Virus record (IMG/VR): IMGVR_UViG_3300034159_000059
Length of the DNA stretch: 64,000 nt
DNA from: a virus
Reading direction: 5' to 3' (one strand)
The position numbers and the translations under genes are program-made. Below are positions 8,552 through 17,157 of the stretch, piece by piece. The notes under the pieces are model-generated. The model worked only from the letters and a program-made list of their open reading frames with translations. It was not told the origin of the DNA and did no database searches. The first letter of the stretch is position 1. The number at the start of each line of letters is the position of its first letter.

Positions 8552-8785
8552 ATGCCTGTGAAGAAGTGGAAGAAGATCTGGAGAGTCACGTACCACGGAG
8601 GAAAGCACAGCTTCTTTTCGACGCCAGCAAAGGCCGAAGCCTTCGTCATCAAGGAGGCAAGAAAGCTGACGAACTACGACCGTGAGGAAGAGGAAGCCTG
8701 GCCTAAGAGCAGAGGCGGGCCGTCTGAGTACGCATGCTGCAAACTCGGGGCTACCATCAACGCACTCTTCCTGGACGAGGACTAG
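8552..8785 (+). CDS. hypothetical protein
   Basis: 77 aa, GGAGGAGACAGG SD. Confidence 0.5.
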   Translation: MPVKKWKKIWRVTYHGGKHSFFSTPAKAEAFVIKEARKLTNYDREEEEAWPKSRGGPSEYACCKLGATINALFLDED

Positions 8786-8788
8786 AAG

Positions 8789-8995
8789 ATGCCCATGAAC
8801 CATGCCTTCATCCTCCTCGCTGAAGTGGGTGAGGATCCGCAGATAGAACGAGCTGCCGAGTACTGGTACTGGTGTCCGATGTGCGGAACTCTGTCCCTGA
8901 ACGAGGCCGAGTTCTGGGTGGCTCCGGTTGTCATCGAATCGGAAGGAGTTCTTCCTCTCGGCCTTCAGTCCCCTCCTCCATGCAAAGAAGGTTGA
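8789..8995 (+). CDS. hypothetical protein
   Basis: 68-aa ORF. Confidence 0.4.
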   Translation: MPMNHAFILLAEVGEDPQIERAAEYWYWCPMCGTLSLNEAEFWVAPVVIESEGVLPLGLQSPPPCKEG

Positions 8996-8997
8996 TC

Positions 8998-9231
8998 GTG
9001 AAATACATCGTGCTTCACCAGACCGATGGAGAACCTGTCCATGTTGAACAGGTGACGCAGGAAGAGCTCTTGAAGAGGCTCAACGACTTCTACTACGGCG
9101 ACGCTCCAACCGTCCTCGACCATCTCCCAACATGCCGAGACGGGTGCCTGCGAGAGCTTGGGCTCGTCATCCTCGAAGCCAAGGTCGTGGTTCCGAAAGC
9201 TGTACAGACCGTGGTCAAGTACGAGTTGTAG
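8998..9231 (+). CDS. hypothetical protein
   Basis: ORF in frame 8872-9231; GTG start after AAGG chosen. Confidence 0.35.
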   Translation: MKYIVLHQTDGEPVHVEQVTQEELLKRLNDFYYGDAPTVLDHLPTCRDGCLRELGLVILEAKVVVPKAVQTVVKYEL

Positions 9232-9237
9232 GTTCAT

Positions 9238-9310
9238 GCGGTCCTAGCTCATCTGGTAGAGCGTCGGCTTCCCAAGCCGAAGGCGGCGGGTTCGAGTCCC
9301 GTGGACCGCT
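9238..9310 (+). tRNA. tRNA-Gly(CCC)
   Basis: acceptor GCGGTCC/GGACCGC, anticodon arm TCGGC-TTCCCAA-GCCGA, T-loop GGTTCGAGTCC. Confidence 0.8.
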
Positions 9311-9333
9311 CCAGAGCAGGCGCCACGACCAAG

Positions 9334-9768
9334 ATGAAAACGAGCTTGGCGATACCAGCGATGGATGGCGCAACAGTTGAGCTACCAGGGGCTTCGCTGG
9401 TCCTTGGTCGCGATGCTCAGCATGGGACAGGGATGCGTGACCTGCTCCACCAACACTACGGGAGGGCGCTCATGAAGACGTTGAAGGAAAGACTCACAGA
9501 CTGGCAAGACTTCGACGTAGCCGCTTATGAGCTAGGCGTCGTCCTTGGGCTGTTCTCAGAGTTCGGTGCGGAACCTGGGAAGGACCCCTGGAACGGCTTC
9601 AAATGGATCTTATGGTCCAACAACCCTATCGGCTACCGTCTGTACGAGATCATCCATCAGATGACCGCAGTCGGGATGCTTCTCGAAGACGAAGAGGGGC
9701 GTCGCAAGTGGAATCCAAGTTTTGATGCGAGCGTGTCCGAGAGGCTAGGACCTAGCCTTCCAAGCTAG
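9334..9768 (+). CDS. hypothetical protein (3' end overlaps tRNA-Gly(TCC))
   Basis: 145-aa ORF from first ATG downstream of tRNA-Gly(CCC). Confidence 0.4.
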   Translation: MKTSLAIPAMDGATVELPGASLVLGRDAQHGTGMRDLLHQHYGRALMKTLKERLTDWQDFDVAAYELGVVLGLFSEFGAEPGKDPWNGFKWILWSNNPIGYRLYEIIHQMTAVGMLLEDEEGRRKWNPSFDASVSERLGPSLPS

Positions 9769-9797
9769 AGACACCGGTTCGAATCCGGTCGCTCGCT
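9727..9797 (+). tRNA. tRNA-Gly(TCC)
   Basis: acceptor GCGAGCG/CGCTCGC, anticodon arm CTAGC-CTTCCAA-GCTAG, T-arm ACCGGTTCGAATCCGGT. Confidence 0.7.
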
Positions 9798-9816
9798 TTC
9801 AGTCTTCTCCTCCTGC

Positions 9817-9886
9817 TTGCTCGATAGCTTAACGGTAGAGCACTGGCCATGAACCGGGGATACGGGTTCGATTCCTGTTCGAGCAA
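9817..9886 (+). tRNA. tRNA, anticodon unresolved (short, weak anticodon stem; possibly CAT-like)
   Basis: acceptor TGCTCGA/TCGAGCA, D-arm TAGCTTAACGGTAGAGC, T-arm ACGGGTTCGATTCCTGT; anticodon arm CTGGCCATGAACCGGGG does not fold canonically. Confidence 0.4.
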
Positions 9887-10036
9887 GGAAGCAGTAGGAG
9901 AGTACCGGGTCGTGAGGCCCGGACTGGTAAAGAGTCAGTCAGCCTAACCGACTGAGCCGCTCGGCTCGACTGGAGGCGCTGTGCTCGCTGATCCCTCTTC
10001 TAAGAGACTGATCAGCCGCCAGACAAAAGTTTCATA

Positions 10037-10106
10037 GGGGTGTAGTTCAACGGCAGAACGCGGGCCTCTGGAGCCCGGTGTTGAAGGTTCGAATCCTTCC
10101 ACCCCT
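10037..10106 (+). tRNA. tRNA-Gln(CTG)
   Basis: anticodon arm CGGGC-CTCTGGA-GCCCG, T-arm GAAGGTTCGAATCCTTC. Confidence 0.75.
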
Positions 10107-10117
10107 TCTTCTTTCAC

Positions 10118-10189
10118 TGGGGTATCGTCCAACGGCAGGACGCCGGTCTTTGGAACCGGATGTTCCAGGTTCGAATCCTGGTACCCCAA
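10118..10189 (+). tRNA. tRNA-Gln(TTG)
   Basis: acceptor TGGGGTA/TACCCCA, anticodon arm CCGGT-CTTTGGA-ACCGG, T-arm CCAGGTTCGAATCCTGG. Confidence 0.8.
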
Positions 10190-10205
10190 CCATCTTGGAG
10201 GCATC

Positions 10206-10382
10206 ATGACGAAGGCCGAGCTCAAGGAATGTGCCGACGCATTCGCTAGCTTCATCGAATACGTGAAGGAGTACAGCGACCCAGTCACCGACGAACCACG
10301 ATACGTCGCCGCACGTCGCGCTCTTCGAAAGCTGCGTGGCCGAGTCATACCAACGAGCAAGACCAAGAAAACGCCGACGTAG
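10206..10382 (+). CDS. small hypothetical protein (58 aa)
   Basis: ATG after TTGGAGGCATC; ends inside the 5' end of tRNA-Thr(TGT). Confidence 0.3.
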   Translation: MTKAELKECADAFASFIEYVKEYSDPVTDEPRYVAARRALRKLRGRVIPTSKTKKTPT

Positions 10383-10448
10383 CTCAGACGGCAGAGCAGT
10401 CGCCTTGTAAGCGACAGGTCGCGAGTTCGATTCTCGCCGTCGGCTCCA
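10373..10448 (+). tRNA. tRNA-Thr(TGT), CCA encoded
   Basis: acceptor GCCGACG/CGTCGGC, anticodon arm GTCGC-CTTGTAA-GCGAC, T-arm GCGAGTTCGATTCTCGC, followed by TCCA. Confidence 0.8.
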
Positions 10449-10529
10449 ACATCCACACGGTGAAGGCTCTCGGTCACCGTTTCCGTGTGGAGGGTGCGCG
10501 CGACCGAGAGCGCGTTGCACTCGTCCTTC

Positions 10530-10604
10530 GGATCCGTAGCTCAATGTCAGAGCAGCCAGCTCATAACTGACCCGACCTCGGTTCAAGTCCGAGCGGATCC
10601 ACCA
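10530..10604 (+). tRNA. tRNA-Met(CAT) elongator/Ile2-type, CCA encoded
   Basis: acceptor GGATCCG/CGGATCC, anticodon loop CTCATAA, T-arm CTCGGTTCAAGTCCGAG, then ACCA. Confidence 0.7.
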
Positions 10605-10614
10605 CGGAGACAGC

Positions 10615-10860
10615 ATGGACTCTCGTTGGGTGTCTAAGGGTGCGAAGGTGCTTGTTCGGAGGGTCGATATCAAGACATCCGGATTCTCTCTCGCCGGAGT
10701 TCAGCTCAAGTTCCCGATGGAGGTGAAAGAGTTTCAAGCCACAATTCTTCACGTCTACGGAGACAAGCCCGAGAACCCGACGAAGACCTGGTTCCAAGTT
10801 CGTCGAGACGACGGAGTAGAGGAAGAAGTGAGTTCCGAGAACGTCGTGGCGATTCTCTAA
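10615..10860 (+). CDS. hypothetical protein
   Basis: 81 aa, CACGGAGACAGC SD. Confidence 0.5.
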   Translation: MDSRWVSKGAKVLVRRVDIKTSGFSLAGVQLKFPMEVKEFQATILHVYGDKPENPTKTWFQVRRDDGVEEEVSSENVVAIL

Positions 10861-10869
10861 CAGTTTCAT

Positions 10870-10943
10870 TCCAGGGTAGCTCAACTGGCAGCAGCGCGCG
10901 GCTGTTAACCGCGAGGTTGAGGGTTCGAGTCCCTCCCCTGGAG
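10870..10943 (+). tRNA. tRNA-Asn(GTT)
   Basis: acceptor TCCAGGG/CCCTGGA, anticodon arm CGCGG-CTGTTAA-CCGCG, T-arm GAGGGTTCGAGTCCCTC. Confidence 0.75.
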
Positions 10944-11040
10944 CTTCTTTCGTCGTGCGCGCTGGCCGGGCCAGCCTCTAGCTGCAACCTAGAGTGGGCC
11001 GAGTTCGACCCTCGGGCGCACGTCTCTGCAAGGAGGATCA

Positions 11041-11411
11041 TGCCGTATGCTGACGTAAATCAGCAGCGAGAGTACCAGCGTAACTGGAAGGCAAAACGCA
11101 GAGCAGAGTACCTCGCTGATAAATGTTGCGCGAAGTGCGGATCACGAGACCGCCTCGAAATCGATCACAAGGATCCATCGAAGAAGCTGAGCCACAAGAT
11201 CTGGACGTGGTCTAAGGAGAGACGTGAGGCTGAATTGGCGAAGTGCCAGGTCCTCTGTCACAAGCATCATCGTGAGAAAACATCAGAAGAGACTCGGACG
11301 GCGATACACGGTAGTTCTCGCATGTACGGCCGCTATGGATGCCGTTGCGATCTCTGCAAGGCCTGGAAGGTAGAATCCAACAGGCAGCACCGAGAACGGC
11401 ATCCAAAGTAA
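11041..11411 (+). CDS. HNH homing endonuclease
   Basis: CAKCGSRDRLEIDHKDPSKK...CQVLCHKHHREKT HNH motif. Confidence 0.7.
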
Positions 11412-11437
11412 CGACTCTCCATACAAAGGAGTCTCAA

Positions 11438-11704
11438 ATGGTCACGGTGTACCGCCTCTCTCTTCTTGGACAAGCAGTAGACCTGGCCGTCCATCTACAA
11501 TGGTTCAAGTCAGAAGAACCTACTGCCTTCCTTCTTATCAACGACGATCACCACGCCCAACTCATCGCTCCTTCCAAGTTCGGGGCTTACATCAATGTCC
11601 TGTCCGATGGCGATGAGAAGTTGCCTCTCACTGACCTCGATGAGATGTGCCGAGTACACGACATCTCGTTGCCCTGTTTTCAAGGCAAGGTCGAGATGAA
11701 GTAG
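11438..11704 (+). CDS. hypothetical protein
   Basis: 88-aa ORF starting MVTVYRL, AAAGGAG SD. Confidence 0.4.
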   Translation: MVTVYRLSLLGQAVDLAVHLQWFKSEEPTAFLLINDDHHAQLIAPSKFGAYINVLSDGDEKLPLTDLDEMCRVHDISLPCFQGKVEMK

Positions 11705-11710
11705 CAGCAT

Positions 11711-11782
11711 GGCCCTGTCTTCTAGTGGTAGGAAGCCAGATTCTCAATCTGGTAACGGTGGGTTCAATTCCCCCCAGGGTCA
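11711..11782 (+). tRNA. tRNA-Glu(CTC)
   Basis: acceptor GGCCCTG/CAGGGTC, anticodon arm CCAGA-TTCTCAA-TCTGG, T-loop GGTTCAATTCC. Confidence 0.7.
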
Positions 11783-11799
11783 CTTCTCAAGGAGACCGC

Positions 11800-12612
11800 A
11801 TGACGGATCGCTACGACTTGAAAGACGTACTCTGGCCCGATGTTCCTTTCGACTTGTTGCAGCACGCCATTCTCATCGGCAAGAGAGGATCTGAGGCTCA
11901 CGGCACCTACGTGCCTCCAACATCTGAGGACGGACAGCCTCTCGCTCACGGAACAGATGACAGAGACATCATAGGGATCTGCATCCCTCCTCTCGACTAC
12001 TACTTCGGTCTGAAGCTCTGGGAAGGGAAGGACGCCATCAAGGACTGCTGGGACGTGGTGCTCTACTCCTTCCGGAAGTTCGTCGGCCTCCTCTGCGAGC
12101 AGAACCCCAACGTCATCTCCCTGCTGTGGCTGCGCGAGGAAGACTACCTGCGCGTCTCTCCAGAAGGCAGAACTCTCCTCCAGCACAGAGACCTGTTCCG
12201 CTCCAAGAACAGAGCCTTCAAGAGCTTCGTCGGATACGCCAACGGACAGCTACACCGCATGACGCACCTCGGTCCGTACAAAGGCTACATGGGAGAGAAG
12301 AGGAAGAAGCTGGTCGACAAGTACGGGTACGACTGCAAGAACGCGGCACACCTCATCCGCCTGCTCACCATGGGAGCCGAGTTCCTACGTACTGGCGCTC
12401 TTCGCGTCTACCGAGAGGATGATCGAGAGATGCTCGTCGACATCAAGCTCGGACGTTGGGCTCTGGCAGATGTGCAGAGCTACGCTGCCAAGCTGTTCGA
12501 AGAGACAAAGGCTGCGGCAGACAACAGCCCTCTTCCAGAACACCCGGACCTTGCAGCGATCAACCAGCTCTCTGTGGAGCTGACCAAGAACTTCTTCGAG
12601 AGACAGTCGTAG
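11800..12612 (+). CDS. putative nucleotidyltransferase-fold protein
   Basis: GSEAHGTYVPPTSEDGQPLAHGTDDRD resembles the GS...DxD NTase core; 270 aa, AAGGAGACC SD. Confidence 0.4.
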   Translation: MTDRYDLKDVLWPDVPFDLLQHAILIGKRGSEAHGTYVPPTSEDGQPLAHGTDDRDIIGICIPPLDYYFGLKLWEGKDAIKDCWDVVLYSFRKFVGLLCEQNPNVISLLWLREEDYLRVSPEGRTLLQHRDLFRSKNRAFKSFVGYANGQLHRMTHLGPYKGYMGEKRKKLVDKYGYDCKNAAHLIRLLTMGAEFLRTGALRVYREDDREMLVDIKLGRWALADVQSYAAKLFEETKAAADNSPLPEHPDLAAINQLSVELTKNFFERQS

Positions 12613-12618
12613 AAGTGT

Positions 12619-12691
12619 GCCGCGTTCGTCTACGAGGATAGGACGCTAGCCTTTCAAGCTGGTAAAGCGAGTTCAAGTCTCGCACGCGGTA
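12619..12691 (+). tRNA. tRNA-Glu(TTC)
   Basis: acceptor GCCGCGT/ACGCGGT, anticodon arm CTAGC-CTTTCAA-GCTGG, T-arm GCGAGTTCAAGTCTCGC. Confidence 0.75.
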
Positions 12692-12697
12692 TTTCAT

Positions 12698-12771
12698 CAG
12701 GGTGTAGCGCAGACTGGTAGCGCGCCTGCCTTGGGCGCAGGAGGCCGCGGGTTCAAATCCCGCCACCCTGA
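12698..12771 (+). tRNA. tRNA-Pro(TGG)
   Basis: C1:G72 acceptor CAGGGTG/CACCCTG (typical of bacterial tRNA-Pro), anticodon arm CCTGC-CTTGGGC-GCAGG, T-arm CGCGGGTTCAAATCCCGC. Confidence 0.8.
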
Positions 12772-12793
12772 CTCACCTCACAAGGAGACGACG

Positions 12794-13255
12794 ATGCCGG
12801 AAATCACACGAACGAAGACGTGGTGGGACCGCTGGTTCATAGGGCTCGCGCGGTACATCGCATCTGCGTCGAAAGACCCAAGCACGGGAGTCGGCGCTGT
12901 CATCATCAGAGCAGATCGCACTCCCGTCTCCTGGGGATACAACGGATTCCCAAGAGGAGTGCGAGACACTCTGGAGCGGTACGAGGATCGAGCGACGAAG
13001 TACCTGATGATCTGCCACTCGGAACGGAACGCCCTTCTAGAAGCTCGACAAGATCTTCGAGGGTGTACGCTCTACACAACCTTCGTTCCGTGCGCTACGT
13101 GCGCCGGCATGATCATCCAAGCAGGAATCACTCGGGTGGTCACGATCCCCACTCCTCCAGAGAGAAAAGAGAGGTGGGCCAAAGACATCGCCGTCACAGA
13201 AACGATGTTCCAAGAGGCTGAGGTCGAGCTCACCTACTTGCAAGAAGACGCCTAG
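12794..13255 (+). CDS. dCMP/cytidine deaminase family protein
   Basis: zinc-binding motifs CHSERNAL and PCATCA; AAGGAGACGACG SD. Confidence 0.8.
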   Translation: MPEITRTKTWWDRWFIGLARYIASASKDPSTGVGAVIIRADRTPVSWGYNGFPRGVRDTLERYEDRATKYLMICHSERNALLEARQDLRGCTLYTTFVPCATCAGMIIQAGITRVVTIPTPPERKERWAKDIAVTETMFQEAEVELTYLQEDA

Positions 13256-13261
13256 CAGTTT

Positions 13262-13337
13262 CGGGATGTAGCTCAGCTTGGACGAGAGCGCATGCTCGGG
13301 GAGCATGAGGCCGCTGGTTCGAATCCAGTCATCCCGA
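13262..13337 (+). tRNA. tRNA-Pro(GGG); anticodon loop TCGGGGA has C at position 33
   Basis: C1:G72 acceptor CGGGATG/CATCCCG, anticodon stem CATGC/GCATG, T-arm GCTGGTTCGAATCCAGT. Confidence 0.65.
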
Positions 13338-13359
13338 CTTTCCTTTTTGAGGAGACACA

Positions 13360-13583
13360 TGACAGACCAGATGTTCTCTTTCTGTGAGACGATCACGGCG
13401 GGAGCGACGACGTCGTGGCACATTCGAAAGCTGACCGAGAAGGGCCGCAAGCTAAGCGGAGGGGCAGACACCCTCGCTCTCTGCGGTCGAGAGGTGTCTT
13501 GGGATCTCAGAGTCGATCTCGTCGAACCACACCTGTCTCATGCCTGTAAGCAGTGCGTAGAGAAATACCGTAACGGGGTGTAG
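13360..13583 (+). CDS. hypothetical Cys-containing protein
   Basis: 74 aa starting MTDQMFSF, GGAGACAC SD. Confidence 0.4.
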
Positions 13584-13647
13584 CTCAACCTGGTGGAGCG
13601 CTTGGTTCGGGACCAAGAGGCCGCGAGTTCGAATCTCGCCACCCCGA
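13574..13647 (+). tRNA. tRNA-Pro(CGG)
   Basis: C1:G72 acceptor CGGGGTG/CACCCCG, anticodon arm CTTGG-TTCGGGA-CCAAG, T-arm CGCGAGTTCGAATCTCGC. Confidence 0.8.
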
Positions 13648-13737
13648 CTCTTGTGCAGCATTCTGGTAGGAACAGACACCGCGTGCGAGGTCGCCAAGCG
13701 GTGGTGGGTGCTACGCACGCGGGCGACGCGCGTGCGG

Positions 13738-14034
13738 ATGCGGACACTGACTCCAAGCCCACAAGACGGTGCAGCAGGCGCAACCTGCCAACCCGTCCTG
13801 CACAAGTTCTTCGTTGGAGGGGAAGTGAATCTGGTCAAGCAAGACGAAGTCGACTTCTTCAAGAGGCAACTGACGAAACTCTTCGCACACGAGACTATCT
13901 GTAGCGCTTGTCGGACGGAGAAGGATCGTGCCGTGAAAGAGCAGAGAGATGTGACTGGGTTTGTACTCTGCCCAGTCCATCGACAGATGCGACGATCTTT
14001 GGCGAAAGATGAGAAGGACCGCGGCATGTACTGA
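13738..14034 (+). CDS. hypothetical protein
   Basis: ORF 13651-14034; internal ATG start chosen; 5' region is highly structured. Confidence 0.3.
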   Translation: MRTLTPSPQDGAAGATCQPVLHKFFVGGEVNLVKQDEVDFFKRQLTKLFAHETICSACRTEKDRAVKEQRDVTGFVLCPVHRQMRRSLAKDEKDRGMY

Positions 14035-14041
14035 TGAATAT

Positions 14042-14112
14042 CCCCCGGTAGCTCAGTGGTAGAGCAGTCGCTCGATAAGCGACAGGACCAGGTTCGACCC
14101 CTGGCCGGGGGA
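14042..14112 (+). tRNA. tRNA-Ile(GAT); loop TCGATAA has C at position 33
   Basis: acceptor CCCCCGG/CCGGGGG, anticodon stem GTCGC/GCGAC, T-arm CCAGGTTCGACCCCTGG. Confidence 0.65.
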
Positions 14113-14128
14113 TTTGGGGAGCGTTTAT

Positions 14129-14204
14129 GGAGACGTTCGTCTAGGGGTTAGGACACTGGTCTGTGGAACCGGCAACGCGAGTTCAAATCTCGCACGTCTC
14201 CCCA
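14129..14204 (+). tRNA. tRNA-His(GTG) with encoded G-1 and CCA
   Basis: G-1 pairs with C73; acceptor GAGACGT/ACGTCTC, anticodon arm CTGGT-CTGTGGA-ACCGG, T-arm GCGAGTTCAAATCTCGC, then CCCA. Confidence 0.8.
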
Positions 14205-14296
14205 TTTTTAACTCACTGCAAATATTCTCTCAGTGATGCGATAAGAGGATGCGAAGGAATTCTTCCTTTGCTTACCAGCAACTCACCGAGAGGGAC

Positions 14297-15739
14297 ATGG
14301 CTAATAACGTAATCAAGAAGATCCAGGACGTGGTGGCGACTCGGGGGGATGAGATGACCGACGCGCAGAAGCGCGAGATCGACGAGAACTATCGTCAGAT
14401 CGCGGAAGGGATCGCTGCGCGTGTCGAGGCGAAGGACCTGCCCAAGGTCGCCACCTGGCTCACGAAGATGAGCAAGGCGGCGGAGCAGGTTGTGTCCTTC
14501 CACGAGGCCTTCGACACCTTCCCGTTCGATGGCGCTGTCGCGTTCTTCAACGCGATGCAGGAGAAGTTCGGATTCGTCGAGCACCTGGCGCGGCAGTCCT
14601 TCTTCGGCTCGTCGCCGCCTCCGATGATCGGAGTCGAGATCGGGCCCGGCGAGACGGTCCAGGTCCCGTGGGGAGAGTTCGCTCTCCCCGGCTACGAAGA
14701 ACTCATCATCAGCGTCGGGACTCACGCCAACAAGGACGGGTTCCACTTCTGCATCTCCGGCCAGGTGAAGACCAAGGATCGGGATGTCGTCACCCAGATC
14801 GCCACACTCATCCGCAAGAACCTCAAGGAGAAGAGCATCTACAAGGGGAAGGCCATCCGCCTTCACTTCGACGAGGACTTCGATCCGGAGACGTACTCTC
14901 CGGACGACGTGGCACCGACCTTCCTCGATCTCTCGTCGATCAGCCCGGACGAGCTCATCCTGCCCGCCTCGGTGAAGAAGATGGTGCAGGACAGCCTCTT
15001 CACCCCGGTGGAGAAGACGGAGATGTGCCGGAAGTTCGGCATCCGAATCGGCCGCAAGGCCCTGCTCGCTGGCACCTACGGCGTCGGCAAGACGCTCACC
15101 GCCAACGTGCTGGCGCAGAAGGCCACCCAGCAGCCCCAGCCCTGGACGTTCATCTACCTGGACAACGTCCGTGACCTCGCGCACGGCCTCCGGATGGCCA
15201 AGCACTACACTCCGGCCATCATCTTCGCCGAGGACATCGATGCTGTGATGTCCGGGACGGAGCGGACCGACGAGATGAACGAGGTGCTCAACTCCATCGA
15301 CGGCATCGAGATCAAGGGCAAGGAGATCATGGTGGTCCTCACCACCAACCACGTCGAGCGCATCAACCAGGCCATGATCCGGCCCGGCCGCGTCGACGCT
15401 CTGATCGAGGTGACTCCGCCCGACGCCAAGGCGGCCGAGCAGCTCCTGCGGGTCTACGGCAAGAGCTTCATCGCCGCGACCGAGGATCTCAGCCAGGTCG
15501 GCAAGAGCCTGGACGGACAGCGGCCGGCGAGCATCGCGGAGGTCGTGGAGCGCTCCAAGCTCTCCGCCATCACGCGGCTCTCTCCTGGAGAGCCTCTCAG
15601 CATCACCCAGGAGGACCTGCTGAGCGCGAGCGAGAGCCTCAAGAAGCACATCGAGCTCGTCGATCGCAAGACGGTGGAAGAGCGGAAGAAGCCGAAGTCC
15701 AACGGTGTGGCCCACGGCGAGTCTCTCGCCGAGGCCTGA
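14297..15739 (+). CDS. AAA+ ATPase
   Basis: Walker A GTYGVGKT, Walker B IIFAEDID, sensor region LTTNHVERINQAMIRPGRVD; GAGAGGGAC SD. Confidence 0.8.
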   Translation: MANNVIKKIQDVVATRGDEMTDAQKREIDENYRQIAEGIAARVEAKDLPKVATWLTKMSKAAEQVVSFHEAFDTFPFDGAVAFFNAMQEKFGFVEHLARQSFFGSSPPPMIGVEIGPGETVQVPWGEFALPGYEELIISVGTHANKDGFHFCISGQVKTKDRDVVTQIATLIRKNLKEKSIYKGKAIRLHFDEDFDPETYSPDDVAPTFLDLSSISPDELILPASVKKMVQDSLFTPVEKTEMCRKFGIRIGRKALLAGTYGVGKTLTANVLAQKATQQPQPWTFIYLDNVRDLAHGLRMAKHYTPAIIFAEDIDAVMSGTERTDEMNEVLNSIDGIEIKGKEIMVVLTTNHVERINQAMIRPGRVDALIEVTPPDAKAAEQLLRVYGKSFIAATEDLSQVGKSLDGQRPASIAEVVERSKLSAITRLSPGEPLSITQEDLLSASESLKKHIELVDRKTVEERKKPKSNGVAHGESLAEA

Positions 15740-15744
15740 TTTCA

Positions 15745-15773
15745 GGAGGGGATGATCTTCATCCCCTCTTTTT
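15745..15773 (+). terminator. rho-independent terminator
   Basis: AGGAGGGGATGA-TCT-TCATCCCCTC followed by TTTTT. Confidence 0.7.
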
Positions 15774-15785
15774 AGCTAGTCGTTT

Positions 15786-15857
15786 GGGGGCTAATGCACA
15801 AGGTGTGCAGTCCGACTGTCTATCGGATGTCGACGGGTTCAATTCCCGTAGCCCTCG
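15786..15857 (+). tRNA. tRNA-Asp(GTC)-like (position 8 is A, purine-37 missing)
   Basis: acceptor GGGGGCT/AGCCCTC, anticodon arm TCCGA-CTGTCTA-TCGGA, T-arm GACGGGTTCAATTCCCGT. Confidence 0.5.
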
Positions 15858-15953
15858 CTCTCTACAAGTAAACTGACAGACTCGCGTGTCATAAGAAGGA
15901 TGCAGAGGTTTTACCCAAACCGCTGTTTCCTTTAACTCATACGAGGACATGAC

Positions 15954-16970
15954 ATGGTCACAAAGCGAAAGACCCCATCCCGGAACCGCGTCGAGCTCAC
16001 CGAAGAGATGAATGAGGTTCGGATCTACGCCTCTTCTGACCCTCTTCCGGAGCCCACTCGGATCGCGCAGGAGGCCAAGATCGCTGAGCTTCGCGAGAAG
16101 ACCGCCGGCATCTCGGTCGAGAGCGCGGTGAAGAAGCTCACGGACACTGGCCTCTCCGTCGGCAAGGCCATCGCCGACGTGCAAGCTACCATCGCCGCCC
16201 AGGTCACCGAGCTGGCCGAGATCCGCATGGCCATCGAGGAGGCCAAGAAGGATCTCGAAACGATCTACGGGAAGGAGGTCGCCGCTGCCTCGCTGGCCCA
16301 GCTCGTCGCCGACTTCGACGCCAAGAAGAAGGAGCTCGATGAGAGGGTTTCCACCTTCCAGGAGAACTGGGAGAAGCAGAAAGCCATCTACGCCAACCAG
16401 GAGGAAGACCGGGTGGAGGTGGAGCAGACGGCCCGGCAGCGTGAACAGTCCGACTACGTCTACCACCGCGACATGGAGCGTCGGGGGTTGACCGACAAGT
16501 TCAACCAGCAGCTCCAGGACGACAAGAGAATCGAGCTCATCCGGAAGAACGACCTGGAGCGGAGCTGGGCCGAGCGCGAGGCTCGTCTGAAGGCGCAGGA
16601 GGAAAGCGTCGCCCAGATGAAGGCTCGCATCGACGGTCTGCCTACCGAGATCGACTCGGCCGTGAAGAAGGAGGTCGCCATCGTCTCGAACTCCATCTCG
16701 CGCGAGCACAAGCACCAGGTCGAGATCCTCACCAAGGACTTCTCCGCGAAGGAGACCATCCTCGGCGCTCAGGTGGAGAACCTGAAGACGCAGCTCGCGA
16801 ACGCTCACGACACCATCGCCAACCTTTCCCAGCAGCTCAACTCGGCCCAGGAGAAGGTCGCCAAGATCGCCTCCGACGCCCTCAACGCCGCCTCTGGTAC
16901 GCAGGCTCTCGCCGAGATGCGCAACATCGTCAACTCCGGCGCGAACAACGGAGCGCAGAAGAAGTCGTAG
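15954..16970 (+). CDS. coiled-coil hypothetical protein
   Basis: 338 aa, A/E/K-rich heptad-like sequence, GAGGAC SD. Confidence 0.6.
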   Translation: MVTKRKTPSRNRVELTEEMNEVRIYASSDPLPEPTRIAQEAKIAELREKTAGISVESAVKKLTDTGLSVGKAIADVQATIAAQVTELAEIRMAIEEAKKDLETIYGKEVAAASLAQLVADFDAKKKELDERVSTFQENWEKQKAIYANQEEDRVEVEQTARQREQSDYVYHRDMERRGLTDKFNQQLQDDKRIELIRKNDLERSWAEREARLKAQEESVAQMKARIDGLPTEIDSAVKKEVAIVSNSISREHKHQVEILTKDFSAKETILGAQVENLKTQLANAHDTIANLSQQLNSAQEKVAKIASDALNAASGTQALAEMRNIVNSGANNGAQKKS

Positions 16971-16981
16971 TACAGGTCTCG

Positions 16982-17010
16982 ACAGCGTCTCTCCGAAGAG
17001 ACGCTGTTTC
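16982..17010 (+). terminator. terminator-like hairpin
   Basis: AGCGTCTC-TCCGAA-GAGACGCT then GTTTC. Confidence 0.45.
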
Positions 17011-17083
17011 GCCGCTTTAGCTCTGAGGGTCAGAGCGCCCGCCTGAAGAGCGGGAGAATTCGGTTCGATCCCGAGAGGCGGCA
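17011..17083 (+). tRNA. tRNA-Phe(GAA)
   Basis: acceptor GCCGCTT/AGGCGGC, anticodon arm CCCGC-CTGAAGA-GCGGG, T-arm TTCGGTTCGATCCCGAG. Confidence 0.8.
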
Positions 17084-17085
17084 CT

Positions 17086-17157
17086 GGGCTGATAGTGACA
17101 ATGGTAGAACGGCGCTTTCGCACGGCGCAGATCTGGGTTCGATTCCCAGTCGGTCCA
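17086..17157 (+). tRNA. tRNA-Ala(CGC)
   Basis: G3:U70 in acceptor GGGCTGA/TCGGTCC, anticodon arm GCGCT-TTCGCAC-GGCGC, T-arm CTGGGTTCGATTCCCAG; weak D stem. Confidence 0.6.

Noticed and set aside
14213-15715. 500-aa - strand ORF antisense to the AAA+ ATPase gene
   Set aside because: Arg/Leu/Asp-rich low-complexity translation typical of GC-rich shadow frames; the + strand frame has clear Walker motifs and an SD.
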